This document shows, piece after piece, positions 10,908 to 21,282 of a stretch of 64,000 bases of DNA. How positions within the stretch are numbered: the stretch's first letter is position 1; each line of letters begins with the position of its first letter. A program made the position numbers and the translations under genes. The notes beneath the pieces are model-generated. The model was not told where the DNA came from and made no database searches. It saw only the letters and a list, made by a program, of their open reading frames with translations. This DNA is from Candidatus Omnitrophota bacterium (GTDB taxonomy: Bacteria; Omnitrophota; Gorgyraeia; Gorgyraeales; Gorgyraeaceae), in assembly GCA_003485765.1 (NCBI GenBank), contig DNHS01000035.1:127745-191744 (forward strand). Direction: 5' to 3'.

Positions 10908-11760
10908 AAAGGGCTTGATGAAATACAATCTTGACAAACAGAGAAAAAGGTATGATGCGTTGTATCTTTCAAAGGATACTACATGTTTATATGACGAGTA
11001 TTTAGATGAGCCTTTTTTTGAAATAGCTAATTCTAAATATTTTTTTCCAAAATTGTTTAAGAATATAAACGATAAGATTGTTTTAGATATTGGTTGTGGT
11101 GGAGGTAATATGGGGTCCAAAATAAGCCATAAGACAAAATACATGGTAAATATGGACGTATCTTTTAATGCTCTTTTATATGCACGAAAAAGGATTGCAA
11201 ATGAAAAGGCCAAATATGTGCATGGAGACATGCTTAGATTGCCATTTAAGGAAACAAGTTTCGATACAGTTCTTTGCTATGCCTCGCTGCATCATATAGA
11301 AGATGTGGCTATGGTAGCTAAAGAAGCTATGCGAGTATTAAAGAATAAAGGTAAATTTTTATGTTTTGAGCCAACTGAACGTTATCCATGGGTTTATTTT
11401 TGGTTGGATTTATTTATGATACCAAAGTCCTTAGCCGTATTTTTAAAAAATATTTATGTGAAGTTGCAACATAGATTTGCTAAACAACGCAAATTTTATA
11501 ATGTATTAAAAAAAATACCGCACAATTCTGGCGTACATTTTTTTAAACTACCATCTCAGTATAAAGAGATACTTGTAAAAAATGGAGTTAAGGATGTAAA
11601 AGTAGAGACAGTTTTTCTTGAATTTTTGCCCCCGCGTTATTTTATGAGCAAAAATAAAATTATTGTAGAATGGATAATTAAACTATCACATTTATTTCAT
11701 AAATTGAGGATTGCTAAAGAAAGAGGAAGGTTTATAATTATCGAGGTAACTAAATCTTAA
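10894..11760 (+). CDS. Class I SAM-dependent methyltransferase
   Basis: VLDIGCGGG, LPFKETSFD, SLHH. Confidence 0.85.
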   Translation: MSIYRKGLMKYNLDKQRKRYDALYLSKDTTCLYDEYLDEPFFEIANSKYFFPKLFKNINDKIVLDIGCGGGNMGSKISHKTKYMVNMDVSFNALLYARKRIANEKAKYVHGDMLRLPFKETSFDTVLCYASLHHIEDVAMVAKEAMRVLKNKGKFLCFEPTERYPWVYFWLDLFMIPKSLAVFLKNIYVKLQHRFAKQRKFYNVLKKIPHNSGVHFFKLPSQYKEILVKNGVKDVKVETVFLEFLPPRYFMSKNKIIVEWIIKLSHLFHKLRIAKERGRFIIIEVTKS

Positions 11761-11778
11761 GTTATACAGTGGGGCGAT

Positions 11779-12414
11779 ATGGTAAAAATATTTTATAGAA
11801 ATTTGTTGAAATTTTTTTTAAGGCTTTATGATTTTGCTTATCAAAAGATAAATAGCGTAGCTATTAGATATTATGGAATGCATCCAAAACATAAATTTAA
11901 TGATTTTCATAAATTTTTTATAGATCGCATACCCAATGACGCAAGGGTTCTTGATATTGGCTGCAGCCGCGGTGAATTAACAGTTGACCTGGCAACCAAG
12001 GCATCTTATGTGGCTGCATATGATATTTCGGAAGAGGCTATAAAATCAGCAATAAAAAATCGTTCACGGCAAAATATAAATTATTTTGTAGGTGAAGCTA
12101 CGAACAATATGCCTCAGGAACAATTTGATATAGCTGTTTGTTCGAATGTACTTGAACATTTGGAAGATTCTGATGTTTTTCTGAAAAAACTAAATGCTAT
12201 TGCGAAAAAGGTTCTTATACGGGTTCCTAACTTTGATAATAATTGGATTCTGGGAGTGAAAAAAGATCTGAAGATGGAATATTTTTTGGATCCGCAGCAT
12301 CGAAGAGAGTATGTGGTTGATTCTATAAAAAAGGAATTGAATAATACGGGCTGGATAATAGAATCTATGGAAGCATCGACTGAAATAAGGATTATGGCAG
12401 GAAGAAAGAGCTAA
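11779..12414 (+). CDS. Class I SAM-dependent methyltransferase
   Basis: VLDIGCSRG, SNVLEHL, RVPN. Confidence 0.85.
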   Translation: MVKIFYRNLLKFFLRLYDFAYQKINSVAIRYYGMHPKHKFNDFHKFFIDRIPNDARVLDIGCSRGELTVDLATKASYVAAYDISEEAIKSAIKNRSRQNINYFVGEATNNMPQEQFDIAVCSNVLEHLEDSDVFLKKLNAIAKKVLIRVPNFDNNWILGVKKDLKMEYFLDPQHRREYVVDSIKKELNNTGWIIESMEASTEIRIMAGRKS

Positions 12415-12418
12415 TTTT

Positions 12419-13912
12419 ATGCAAAATAATGTATCTAGAGAAGTATTTTTAAGTACTATCTACAACTATATAGGCACAATAGCAGGATATATCATATCTT
12501 TCTTTACCCTGTTCTATCTTACAAAAAGCTTAACTATTGCGCAATTTGGACACTGCAGTCTTATCTTAAATACACAGACGTTCTTTTTTCTTATCCTAAG
12601 TTTTGGGTTGCCGTCGGTTATCTTAAGATATGTATCTGAATATTTGGTAAAGCATGATTATAGAACTGTCAGAAAGATCATGTGGTCGAGCATGGGGATA
12701 ATAATGTTCTTTGGCGTGTTAGTTTCTATTATCATGGCTATATTAGCCAGGAAATTTCCGGGCACTGTAAATAGGTTTTTTTTATCTCAATACTTATTTT
12801 TAGCTGTTGTTCTGGGTATGCTAAGAGCAGAAGTTCGTATATGCGAGGCTGCCTTTTTCGCATTTCTAAAACAAGGGTACAAAATATTTTTTAATGTGTT
12901 AGGCGCGCTGCTGACTTTATTTCTTTTTGTTTTCTCAATAAAGCTTGGATTTGGCCTATTGGGGATTATCTTAAGCATAGCCGTTGTGGATCTTTTTTTA
13001 GTCGTGGCATATATTTTAAGAATAGAATTGTATACGCGCGGCAAAATTTCTATTCCGTCAAAAATTGATCTAAATAGATATTTTACTTATGGAATTAAAG
13101 AATATGCTACTAAGGTGCTATCTTTTTTTTGGGATTCCAAGATAGACGGATATATTATTACATTTTATTTAGGGGCATCATTGACTGGAATATTTTATTT
13201 TGCTGTAACTGCCGCAACTACTCTTGCGGAGTCTATGCCTAGCTCTCTTATGCAATCATTGAGCCAGTCCGTATTTACACGGCAGTATGTAAAATATGAA
13301 AATCAAAAAGAGTTAGCTTATCTATTTAGTCTTATAAATAAGCTTAAGGCATTTTTTGTTTTTCCTGTTTTTCTTAGTTTTCTTTTAGTGATAGATAAAA
13401 TAGTTATCATTTTTTTTAATAAATACACAGAGTCTATTTTAATATTTCAGATACTTTTAATTTTTATGATATTTTATATTTTTGCGATGCCTCTAAGAAG
13501 TATAGTCGCGGTACTTGAAAGAAACGAAATATTACTATGGGGAAGCGCTGTTATCTTGTATAAAATCCCGATGACGATATTTTTAACAAAAAACTATGGC
13601 CTTATAGGCACTGCTTTTGCGGTAGGAACATCTTTTTTGTTATATTTTGTAGTACAATTTTTTTTAACCAGACGCGTTATAACGATAGTATATCCATGGA
13701 AAGCTTTTTATAAAATATTTCTAAATAGCTTGGTAGTATGTATTCCGATATTATTCATTAAGCCATTTGTAAAAGATATGATATCTGTATTAATTTTAAT
13801 TCTTATTTCAGTCGCTGTCTATTTAGGTATTTCGTTTCTGCATAAACCATTTGACGATTATGATCGTCAAATGCTAAATAAACCATTCAAGAGGATTCTA
13901 TTCAACTTTTAA
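12419..13912 (+). CDS. wzx: Wzx/MOP-family oligosaccharide flippase
   Basis: 497 aa with about 12-14 TM segments; FGLPSVILRY and YGLIGTAFA patterns; glycan cluster context. Confidence 0.8.
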   Translation: MQNNVSREVFLSTIYNYIGTIAGYIISFFTLFYLTKSLTIAQFGHCSLILNTQTFFFLILSFGLPSVILRYVSEYLVKHDYRTVRKIMWSSMGIIMFFGVLVSIIMAILARKFPGTVNRFFLSQYLFLAVVLGMLRAEVRICEAAFFAFLKQGYKIFFNVLGALLTLFLFVFSIKLGFGLLGIILSIAVVDLFLVVAYILRIELYTRGKISIPSKIDLNRYFTYGIKEYATKVLSFFWDSKIDGYIITFYLGASLTGIFYFAVTAATTLAESMPSSLMQSLSQSVFTRQYVKYENQKELAYLFSLINKLKAFFVFPVFLSFLLVIDKIVIIFFNKYTESILIFQILLIFMIFYIFAMPLRSIVAVLERNEILLWGSAVILYKIPMTIFLTKNYGLIGTAFAVGTSFLLYFVVQFFLTRRVITIVYPWKAFYKIFLNSLVVCIPILFIKPFVKDMISVLILILISVAVYLGISFLHKPFDDYDRQMLNKPFKRILFNF

Positions 13913-13925
13913 TTATTGAGGTAGA

Positions 13926-14516
13926 ATGTTTAAATCGTTTGTAAAAACTGTAATGGCGTATTGCTATCCTGTATTGGCCAGGATTTCGGGGCATTGTTCG
14001 TGGAGCACTAAAACATTTGGTTCTTACATAAGCCCTTTTTGGCATGTAAATATAGGAACAAATACAATAGTTGCTCCTAGGGCAATCTTGCGCGCAGGGA
14101 TGAAAACTAATATTAAAATAGGAAAATCTTGCTATGTGCATCCTTATGCTATGTTGCTTTGCTATAACGGTAATATAGAGTTAGGCGATTTCGTCAGCAT
14201 AAATTCGTTTTGTATGTTATATGGGCATGGAGAGCTAATTATAGGAAATAATGTCCGGATAGCCGCCGGAACAATTATTGCCCCGGTAAATCATGTTTTT
14301 TCAGACCCAAATAAGCCGATACGTCAACAAGGAATAATTACAAAGGGGATTATTATAAAGGATGATGTATGGATAGGGGCTAACTCTACCATATTGGATG
14401 GAGTAACAATTGGCAGGGGCTCTGTAATAGGAGCAGGTAGCGTGGTTACAGCAACTATAGAACCATACTCAATAGCTGTGGGAGTGCCCTGTAAAGTAGT
14501 TAAAAAAAGAGAATAA
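13926..14516 (+). CDS. Hexapeptide-repeat (left-handed beta-helix) O-acyltransferase
   Basis: IKDDVWIGANSTILDGVTIGRGSVIGAGSVV, GVPCK. Confidence 0.9.
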   Translation: MFKSFVKTVMAYCYPVLARISGHCSWSTKTFGSYISPFWHVNIGTNTIVAPRAILRAGMKTNIKIGKSCYVHPYAMLLCYNGNIELGDFVSINSFCMLYGHGELIIGNNVRIAAGTIIAPVNHVFSDPNKPIRQQGIITKGIIIKDDVWIGANSTILDGVTIGRGSVIGAGSVVTATIEPYSIAVGVPCKVVKKRE

Positions 14517-14561
14517 AGACTGATTAAATTATATGATAAAAAATGATGAGACAATCTTGAC

Positions 14562-15437
14562 ATGGAGAGATGCGTATTGTTGTCAGCCTGTCTGCCTAAA
14601 AAGACCTCATCTGGAAGTGTAAGTGTGGATAATAACCTAAAAACAGTTTTTGTTCGTTGCGAAGGCGTGCGAATAGTTTATTACAAGATTAATGCTCTCG
14701 GGATGTTGGATTTTTGGGATAAGCACTGGGAAGATAGTGTTTACAATGTTTCAAAAGAATATTATCGGCCGTATCTTAAGGGTTTTTTAGGCTATGGCAG
14801 AGTGCAAGATGTTTTTAATAAGTTTTTACCTAGAAAAGGATTGATCCTTGAAGCAGGTTGTGGTACGGGGAGATATGTGATATCTCTGCGTGCCAGAGGC
14901 TATAATTGCTTTGGGGTAGATTCTGCGTCAAAAACAGTTCAGAAGATAAAAGATTATTTTCCAGATTTGCCTGTTGAGGTGGGAGATATATGCAAATTAA
15001 ATTTAAAAGATGAAAGTATCGACGCTTATATTTCGTTAGGGGTTATGGAGCATTTTAAGGAAGGGCCTTACACTGCGATAAAAGAGGCGTGCAGGGTATT
15101 GAAGAAAAAGGGAATAATACTTGTAAGCGTTCCGCAGATATTTCTTTGGAGAAAACTACAAGCGCATCCGGAAGGTACACCCTTGCCGGAAAACGCGTCT
15201 TTTTATCAATATGCGTTTTCTGTGGATGAATTTAGGTCAAATTTACTCAACGCGGGATTCAGGATAAAAGGTGAATATGGGTACTATTCGCATTATGCAT
15301 TTACGCTTAGATTCAACTTTTTTAGAAAAGCGCTGAAGATATTTAGAAAATTGGCGCTTTTAGATTTAATAATCGATAGGATGCCGGTAGGGAAAAATAT
15401 TTCCCGCATGAGACTTTATGTCGCCGAAAAAATTTAA
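14562..15437 (+). CDS. Class I SAM-dependent methyltransferase
   Basis: ILEAGCGTG, SLGVMEHF; start uncertain. Confidence 0.85.
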   Translation: MERCVLLSACLPKKTSSGSVSVDNNLKTVFVRCEGVRIVYYKINALGMLDFWDKHWEDSVYNVSKEYYRPYLKGFLGYGRVQDVFNKFLPRKGLILEAGCGTGRYVISLRARGYNCFGVDSASKTVQKIKDYFPDLPVEVGDICKLNLKDESIDAYISLGVMEHFKEGPYTAIKEACRVLKKKGIILVSVPQIFLWRKLQAHPEGTPLPENASFYQYAFSVDEFRSNLLNAGFRIKGEYGYYSHYAFTLRFNFFRKALKIFRKLALLDLIIDRMPVGKNISRMRLYVAEKI

Positions 15438-15559
15438 AGAGTTATGTTTAAAAATATCAAAGTTCTTATAATGGATATTTATATTATTTTTTTAAAGTTC
15501 CAGTAGACCTTCTTTTAAAATTGCTGGCTGAAATATGATGAGCTACCTCATAAGATAAT

Positions 15560-16810
15560 ATGATACAAGATTATGATATTGTATGTATATCCACGTCTGA
15601 TTGGGAACAGCCATGGGGCAGCCGACAACAGATAATGACCAGGCTTTCTTCTGAAAATAGAGTATTATTTGTTGAATATCAGTCGTCATTTTTGCATTTT
15701 TTAAAATATCCAAATTTATACATTCGCCCGCCAAAGAAACCAATAGCGGGCTCAGTATTCCGCCCAAGGAACCCTGGGCTTAAGCCCTGGTGGGCTCCAT
15801 TTTCTAAAATTTTTACTCGTAGAATAAGAAATATAAAAGATAATCTGGTAGTCTATAAGCCTCTAGTTAATCTGCCATTTCGGTATCACAGTAAAATTAT
15901 CAACATATTGAATCAAAGATTTCTTCTATTCCAATTAAGGCGACTCGTTAAAAATCTTAAATTTTATAAAATTTTATTGTGGATATTTGAACCTTCTGCT
16001 TATTTTTTAGTCAATAGATTAGGAGAAAAGATATCCATATATCAATGTATAGATTTTTTTAAAAATGAAAAAAAATCATATTTGCGCAAAAAATGCATTG
16101 AGGCTATGGAAAATAAACTGTGCGAAGACTGTGATATTGTATTTGTTTCAACAAATGAGCTTCTGCTAGATAAGCTAAATTTAAATAAAGAAACATATCT
16201 TGTTCCAAGCGCCGTGGATGAATCTTTTTTTAATATTAATAAGAGTTTATCAAAATTTACCATACCTGGAATAATAAACAATAACCTATATCCAAAGATA
16301 GGATTTGTTGGCACATTAGATGGTAGGATAGATTATGAATTAATAAATTTTATAGCAGAAGCACATTACGATTGGACGATAGTGTTGCTAGGATTAGTAA
16401 TTGACAGAAGATATGCTAAATGCCTGAATAAAAGGAAAAATATACAAATGCTTGGATGGATAGATAACAATTTGCTCCCGCTTTATATAAATTCATTTGA
16501 TATTGGGATCGCTCCATATAAAATCAATGAGTTTACCAAAGGCATTTCCCCTATTAAAGTATTTGAGTATCTGGCATTGGCTAAACCTGTTGTGTCTACT
16601 AGGATACCATCTTTAGAAAAATATGAGGATGTGATTTGTATAGCAGATAACAAAGAAGATTTTATTAGAGGCATTGAAATATTATTAAAAGATAAAGGGA
16701 AAGAATCATCATGCAAAAGATTGAAATTAGCGCAGGAGAATACTTGGAGCAGGAGAGTGGATGTTATTTCTGAAGTTATAGAAAAACACTTGAATAATAG
16801 TTACAATTAA
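15560..16810 (+). CDS. GT-B glycosyltransferase (TuaH-like) with an in-frame palindromic insertion
   Basis: STSDW..WGSRQQI, GFVGTLD, SPIKVFEYLALAKPVV; extra GC-rich segment YIRPPKK..PWWAP. Confidence 0.8.
   Translation: MIQDYDIVCISTSDWEQPWGSRQQIMTRLSSENRVLFVEYQSSFLHFLKYPNLYIRPPKKPIAGSVFRPRNPGLKPWWAPFSKIFTRRIRNIKDNLVVYKPLVNLPFRYHSKIINILNQRFLLFQLRRLVKNLKFYKILLWIFEPSAYFLVNRLGEKISIYQCIDFFKNEKKSYLRKKCIEAMENKLCEDCDIVFVSTNELLLDKLNLNKETYLVPSAVDESFFNINKSLSKFTIPGIINNNLYPKIGFVGTLDGRIDYELINFIAEAHYDWTIVLLGLVIDRRYAKCLNKRKNIQMLGWIDNNLLPLYINSFDIGIAPYKINEFTKGISPIKVFEYLALAKPVVSTRIPSLEKYEDVICIADNKEDFIRGIEILLKDKGKESSCKRLKLAQENTWSRRVDVISEVIEKHLNNSYN
15715..15800. repeat. Composite palindromic element, in frame in a GT gene; 15715-15758 is an inverted copy of 36768-36810
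   Basis: tttatacattcgcccgcca-aagaaaccaatag-cgggctcagtat matches the reverse complement of 36768-36810 with 3 substitutions and 1 indel; followed by the gggc-ttaa-gccc hairpin. Confidence 0.8.
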
Positions 16811-16858
16811 TTATGAAAGTATTTATAGGTTGTTTATTTTAGCGCAGGATAGCAGAAA

Positions 16859-18700
16859 ATGATTAAAAACGAAAATATAATATGTATCTCTTCTATAGAT
16901 TGGGATTTTGTATGGCAGGGGCATCAGGAGATAATGGCTACTTTTGCCAGAAATGGCAATCGGGTGCTATTTATTGAAAATACAGGTGTGCGTTTTCCAA
17001 GAATACGAGATATATCTCGCTTAAAAAATAGAATTAAAAACTGGTTTAAAGGAGTAAAAGGCATAAGGAAGGAAATGGAGAATTTGTATGTTTATTCTCC
17101 AGTCGTGTTACCTTTTCCATATTCTAGAATAGTAAGATGGGTAAACAAATATCTAATGCTGCGAATTATAGAAAAATGGATGAAAATCATGGAATTTAAT
17201 GCGCCTATTGTATGGACATTTTTGCCTACAGGGCTGGCATTAGATCTGTTGAATAATTTAAGCAAGAAATTAGTTGTTTACTATTGTATCGCTGATTTTG
17301 AAAAATTAGTGTCAAATCCTAATAAGATTAAAAAAACAGAGAGGGATGTTATAAAAAAATCCGATCTTATATTTGTGCAAGGCGAATTACTTAAGAGGCG
17401 TTGTGAAAAATACAATTCCAAGGTATTAGTCTTCCCATTCGGCGTTAACATAGATGTATTTAATAAAGAGAATTCCTCCTTGTCGGTGCCATCTGATATA
17501 AGCCATATAGAAGGGGCGCTCATAGGTTATATAGGTGGTATTCATAAACATGTAGATTTTCAATTGATAAAATTTATCGCTGACAAGAATCCTCAATGGA
17601 CGTTAGTATTTATCGGGCCTATACAACGGGATATTTCAGAACTTGAAAATTTAAAAAACATTGTTTTTTTAAATTTTAAAGAACACAAAGAGCTCGCAAA
17701 ATATATAACTAGGTTTGATGCATGCTTAATCCCTTACTTGCTGAATGAATACACTGAGACAGTTTATCCTACAAAACTAAATGAATATCTTTCTATGGCA
17801 AAACCAGTTGTTTCTACTGCTTTGCCGGAGATAGAAGCCTTTAATAAGAAACACGATAGAATTATTTATGTTGGCAAAGACAAAGAAACATTCGAAGTAT
17901 GTATAAAAGAGGCTTTGCATGAAAACAATCCTTACTTACAAAAAAAGCGCGTTGAAGCAGCGAAGGAAAATAGCTGGAAGATGCGTATTGAAAATATGAG
18001 CTCTCTGATTGAAATAGAAATAGAAAGGAAAAGATTAGATATAGAAGTTAAATGGAGGGAGAATCTAATTAGTTTCTATAGAATAGCAAGAAGAAAAATT
18101 TTACGGTTTAGCGCGATTTGTGTTATTACATATCTTTTATTGCTTAAGACATATTTTATTTGGTTTTTAGCATCCCCTTTAAAGATTTTTGAAAAACCGC
18201 AGAAAGCAGATGCAATAGTAGTATTTGGTGGCGGTGTAGGTGAAACAGGAAGCCCTGGCAAGAGTACCATAGAAAGAGCCCGTTATGCAGTGGAGCTGTA
18301 TAAGCAGGGTTATTCTAATAAAATACTGTTTTCATCAGGATATGTTTATGTTTATAATGATGCGGACAATATGAAACTTTTTGCCATTTCTATGGGAATA
18401 CTTGAAAAAGATATTATTCTGGAAGAGAAAGCGAACAGTTCTTATGAAAATGTTATATTTTCTAAAAAAATATTGGACAAAAATAAATGGCGTTCCATTT
18501 TATTGGTATCTTCGCCATACAATATGCGCAGGGCAGAACTGGTATTTAATAAATGGGCCAAAGATATAAAGGTTACCTACACGCCAGTTGATAAAACTCA
18601 GTTTTATGACAGAACAAGTGGAGTTAAGCTTGAACAGATAAAGGCTATTCTGCATGAGTATCTGGGAATAGTTTATTATTTTATAAGAGGTTATATATAA
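16859..18700 (+). CDS. Fusion: TuaH-like GT-B glycosyltransferase + TM helix + YdcF/ElyC (DUF218) domain
   Basis: N-terminal SSIDWDFVWQGHQ..YPTKLNEYL; C-terminal ADAIVVFGGG..ERARYAVELY..EEKANSSYEN..VSSPYNMRRA..LHEYLG. Confidence 0.85.
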   Translation: MIKNENIICISSIDWDFVWQGHQEIMATFARNGNRVLFIENTGVRFPRIRDISRLKNRIKNWFKGVKGIRKEMENLYVYSPVVLPFPYSRIVRWVNKYLMLRIIEKWMKIMEFNAPIVWTFLPTGLALDLLNNLSKKLVVYYCIADFEKLVSNPNKIKKTERDVIKKSDLIFVQGELLKRRCEKYNSKVLVFPFGVNIDVFNKENSSLSVPSDISHIEGALIGYIGGIHKHVDFQLIKFIADKNPQWTLVFIGPIQRDISELENLKNIVFLNFKEHKELAKYITRFDACLIPYLLNEYTETVYPTKLNEYLSMAKPVVSTALPEIEAFNKKHDRIIYVGKDKETFEVCIKEALHENNPYLQKKRVEAAKENSWKMRIENMSSLIEIEIERKRLDIEVKWRENLISFYRIARRKILRFSAICVITYLLLLKTYFIWFLASPLKIFEKPQKADAIVVFGGGVGETGSPGKSTIERARYAVELYKQGYSNKILFSSGYVYVYNDADNMKLFAISMGILEKDIILEEKANSSYENVIFSKKILDKNKWRSILLVSSPYNMRRAELVFNKWAKDIKVTYTPVDKTQFYDRTSGVKLEQIKAILHEYLGIVYYFIRGYI

Positions 18701-18703
18701 GAT

Positions 18704-20122
18704 ATGTTGTTTAATTCTTTACAATTCGCTGTGTTTTTCATAATAGTTTATAGTCTCTATTTAGTACTGAACCACAAGTGGCAGAATCGGATGCTTCTTA
18801 CAGCTAGCTGTGTTTTTTATGGCGCATGGGATTGGAGATTTTTACTTTTAATGTTTGTTTCAATAACTACTGATTATTTTTGTGCTCTCAAGATACAAGA
18901 ATCAGTTGAAGAAAAAACAAGAAAAAGATTTTTATTTTTAAGCATATTTATTAATTTGGCAATATTAGGGTTCTTTAAATATTTCAATTTTTTTGCTGTT
19001 AGCATGGATAATCTTTTTAGCCACTTTGGTTTTTCTATCCAGCCACATCTCCTGCATATAATACTTCCGGTTGGCATCTCTTTTTATACATTCCAGGCTT
19101 TGAGCTATACTATAGATGTTTATAGAAAAGAACTGGAGCCTACCAGGAATTTCAGGGATTATGCCCTTTTTGTTACATATTTCCCGCAGCTTGTAGCAGG
19201 GCCTATTATGAGGGCAAGAGATCTCCTTCCTCAAGTCCTTTCAGCCAGAAAGTTATCTTTGAAACAATTTTATGAAGGATGTTATCTTATATTTTGGGGC
19301 CTGTTTCAAAAGATCTTTATCGCAGATAACCTGGCAAAAATAGTAGATTCTGTATTTAATTCCTCAGGCCCTTATAACGCGGCTAAAGTTCTTATAGCGC
19401 TATACGCCTTTGCGTTTCAGATATATTGTGATTTTGCAGGATACTCTAATATAGCAAGAGGCATGGGTAAATGCATGGGCTTTGACATCATGATTAATTT
19501 TAATCTGCCATATTTTGCCGTTAATCCAAGTGATTTCTGGAGAAGGTGGCACATAAGTTTGTCAACGTGGCTTAGAGACTATCTTTATATACCATTAGGC
19601 GGTAACAAAAAAGGCGGGTTCCTTACTTATAGAAATCTGGCAATAACCATGCTTTTGGGAGGGTTATGGCATGGCGCTGCTTGGACTTTTGTTATTTGGG
19701 GAGCTTATCATGGCATGCTTCTTATAATACACAGATTGCTTAAACCTGTGCTTGCAAAGATACCCAGCCCTAAAAATGCTACAATAGGGAAAGCGTGGTT
19801 TTTCTTGCGCGTTGTTTTCTTTTTCCAATTAACATGCGTCGGGTGGCTGATTTTCAGGGCCAAATCCATAGGACAGATCCTGAATATGCTCGGTAGTTTT
19901 GTTTCAAACTTTAATGTCGGTTTAGACATGGGTTTCTTCAGCTTAATTCGCTTAATCTGGCTGCTAATATTAGTTCAGATTGCGCAGTTTATAAAGAATG
20001 ATCAAATGGTCGTCTATAAATCAAATATTCTGCTTAAAGCGGTATTTTATATTATCTTTTTTTATTCAATAGTTATGTATGGAGCAAGTGGTGGAAAAGA
20101 ATTCATTTATTTCCAATTCTAA
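18704..20122 (+). CDS. MBOAT O-acyltransferase (AlgI/DltB family)
   Basis: MLFNS, LPVGISFYTFQ, DFAGYS, FWRRWHISLSTWLRDYLYIPLGGN, GLWHGA, EFIYFQF. Confidence 0.95.
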   Translation: MLFNSLQFAVFFIIVYSLYLVLNHKWQNRMLLTASCVFYGAWDWRFLLLMFVSITTDYFCALKIQESVEEKTRKRFLFLSIFINLAILGFFKYFNFFAVSMDNLFSHFGFSIQPHLLHIILPVGISFYTFQALSYTIDVYRKELEPTRNFRDYALFVTYFPQLVAGPIMRARDLLPQVLSARKLSLKQFYEGCYLIFWGLFQKIFIADNLAKIVDSVFNSSGPYNAAKVLIALYAFAFQIYCDFAGYSNIARGMGKCMGFDIMINFNLPYFAVNPSDFWRRWHISLSTWLRDYLYIPLGGNKKGGFLTYRNLAITMLLGGLWHGAAWTFVIWGAYHGMLLIIHRLLKPVLAKIPSPKNATIGKAWFFLRVVFFFQLTCVGWLIFRAKSIGQILNMLGSFVSNFNVGLDMGFFSLIRLIWLLILVQIAQFIKNDQMVVYKSNILLKAVFYIIFFYSIVMYGASGGKEFIYFQF

Positions 20123-21269
20123 GAAGTTGCCCTGGGCGTTTTTTATTGCCTTATCGGTAATAATCATTCTTTATTTTACCGAGATGTTTATATTGCCGAT
20201 CAACTTTTTTACATTCAGGACATGGGAAGCATTAATGGTAAAAGAATTTCTTCCGGGTAGTTTCTATCCAAATATGAAAATATCAATGATTGAAGCTGGA
20301 GGTGATTTAGGACGACATACTAAATTTGCAGTTAAGAAAAAAGTGCAATGGGAAACTGACCGCTATGGATACAGAAAACACGATGCCGGTATAAACAGGT
20401 ATCAGATCGTTATCTTGGGAGATTCAGCTATTGCTGGAACAGGGTTGACCCAGGAAGACATGCTTTCCGAAGTATTAGAACGAAGATTGAAAATTAACGT
20501 GTATCCTTTTACCCCTTCAAGGTATCCGCTGGTAGATAGCTTTTTAAACACAAAGCGTTTCACAGATAACCCTCCGGATATAGTTATCCTTGAGAGAATC
20601 GAGAAAAAAATTCCAGAACTATCTAATATTATTCCAAATTATAACAACCAACAGAAATATTCTTGGTTAGAACAGCACTGGATATATTTTTTAGATAGAT
20701 ATCCATACTTTGCAATATTACTAGATCGAATCTGTAAAAACAATATGGGCTATTATTTTAAAAGCAGAATAGAAATTATTGCTCAGTACCCTGCCCAGTT
20801 ACTTATTAAAGCAAGTAAAAGAGAATATAATCCGCCTGGCGCTGTACAAAGTATAGTGAATGACAAGATGCTTTTCTTGAAAGAGACAGTTGATAAGATG
20901 GAAACTGACAGAGGGATTTCTGAAGAAGAAATAGAGAGAATAGCGGAAGTTATAGCTTCTTATGCCAGAGTATTCAAGGAAAAAGGTATTCGTTTTATAT
21001 TTCTACCAATACCTAACAAAGAAAATATTTATTATGAACATTTGCCGATTAAAAATAGAACAAAACCGAAATTCTTAGAAAGGCTGATTCTGAAATTACA
21101 GAAAAAAGGCATAGAAGTAATCGATACGCAAAAGGCTTTTGATGAAGCATTTCGCCAAAGTAATACCTTGCTTTACCAAACAGATGACACGCACTGGAAT
21201 TCAAACGGCGTTAGGGTAACAGCGAATTTGATTGAAAAGTTATTACAGAGAGGCTTAACAAAATTTTAG
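20079..21269 (+). CDS. AlgJ/AlgX-like SGNH O-acetyltransferase
   Basis: N-terminal TM, LGDS, IPNKE, DTHWN; adjacent to the MBOAT gene. Confidence 0.8.
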   Translation: MEQVVEKNSFISNSKKLPWAFFIALSVIIILYFTEMFILPINFFTFRTWEALMVKEFLPGSFYPNMKISMIEAGGDLGRHTKFAVKKKVQWETDRYGYRKHDAGINRYQIVILGDSAIAGTGLTQEDMLSEVLERRLKINVYPFTPSRYPLVDSFLNTKRFTDNPPDIVILERIEKKIPELSNIIPNYNNQQKYSWLEQHWIYFLDRYPYFAILLDRICKNNMGYYFKSRIEIIAQYPAQLLIKASKREYNPPGAVQSIVNDKMLFLKETVDKMETDRGISEEEIERIAEVIASYARVFKEKGIRFIFLPIPNKENIYYEHLPIKNRTKPKFLERLILKLQKKGIEVIDTQKAFDEAFRQSNTLLYQTDDTHWNSNGVRVTANLIEKLLQRGLTKF

Positions 21270-21282
21270 AATAGAGAATGCT

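Noticed and set aside
15438-15559. Short ATG-initiated stubs in operon gaps (also near 16813, 22244, 28313, 54104)
   Set aside because: May be scars of deleted genes but are too short to assign
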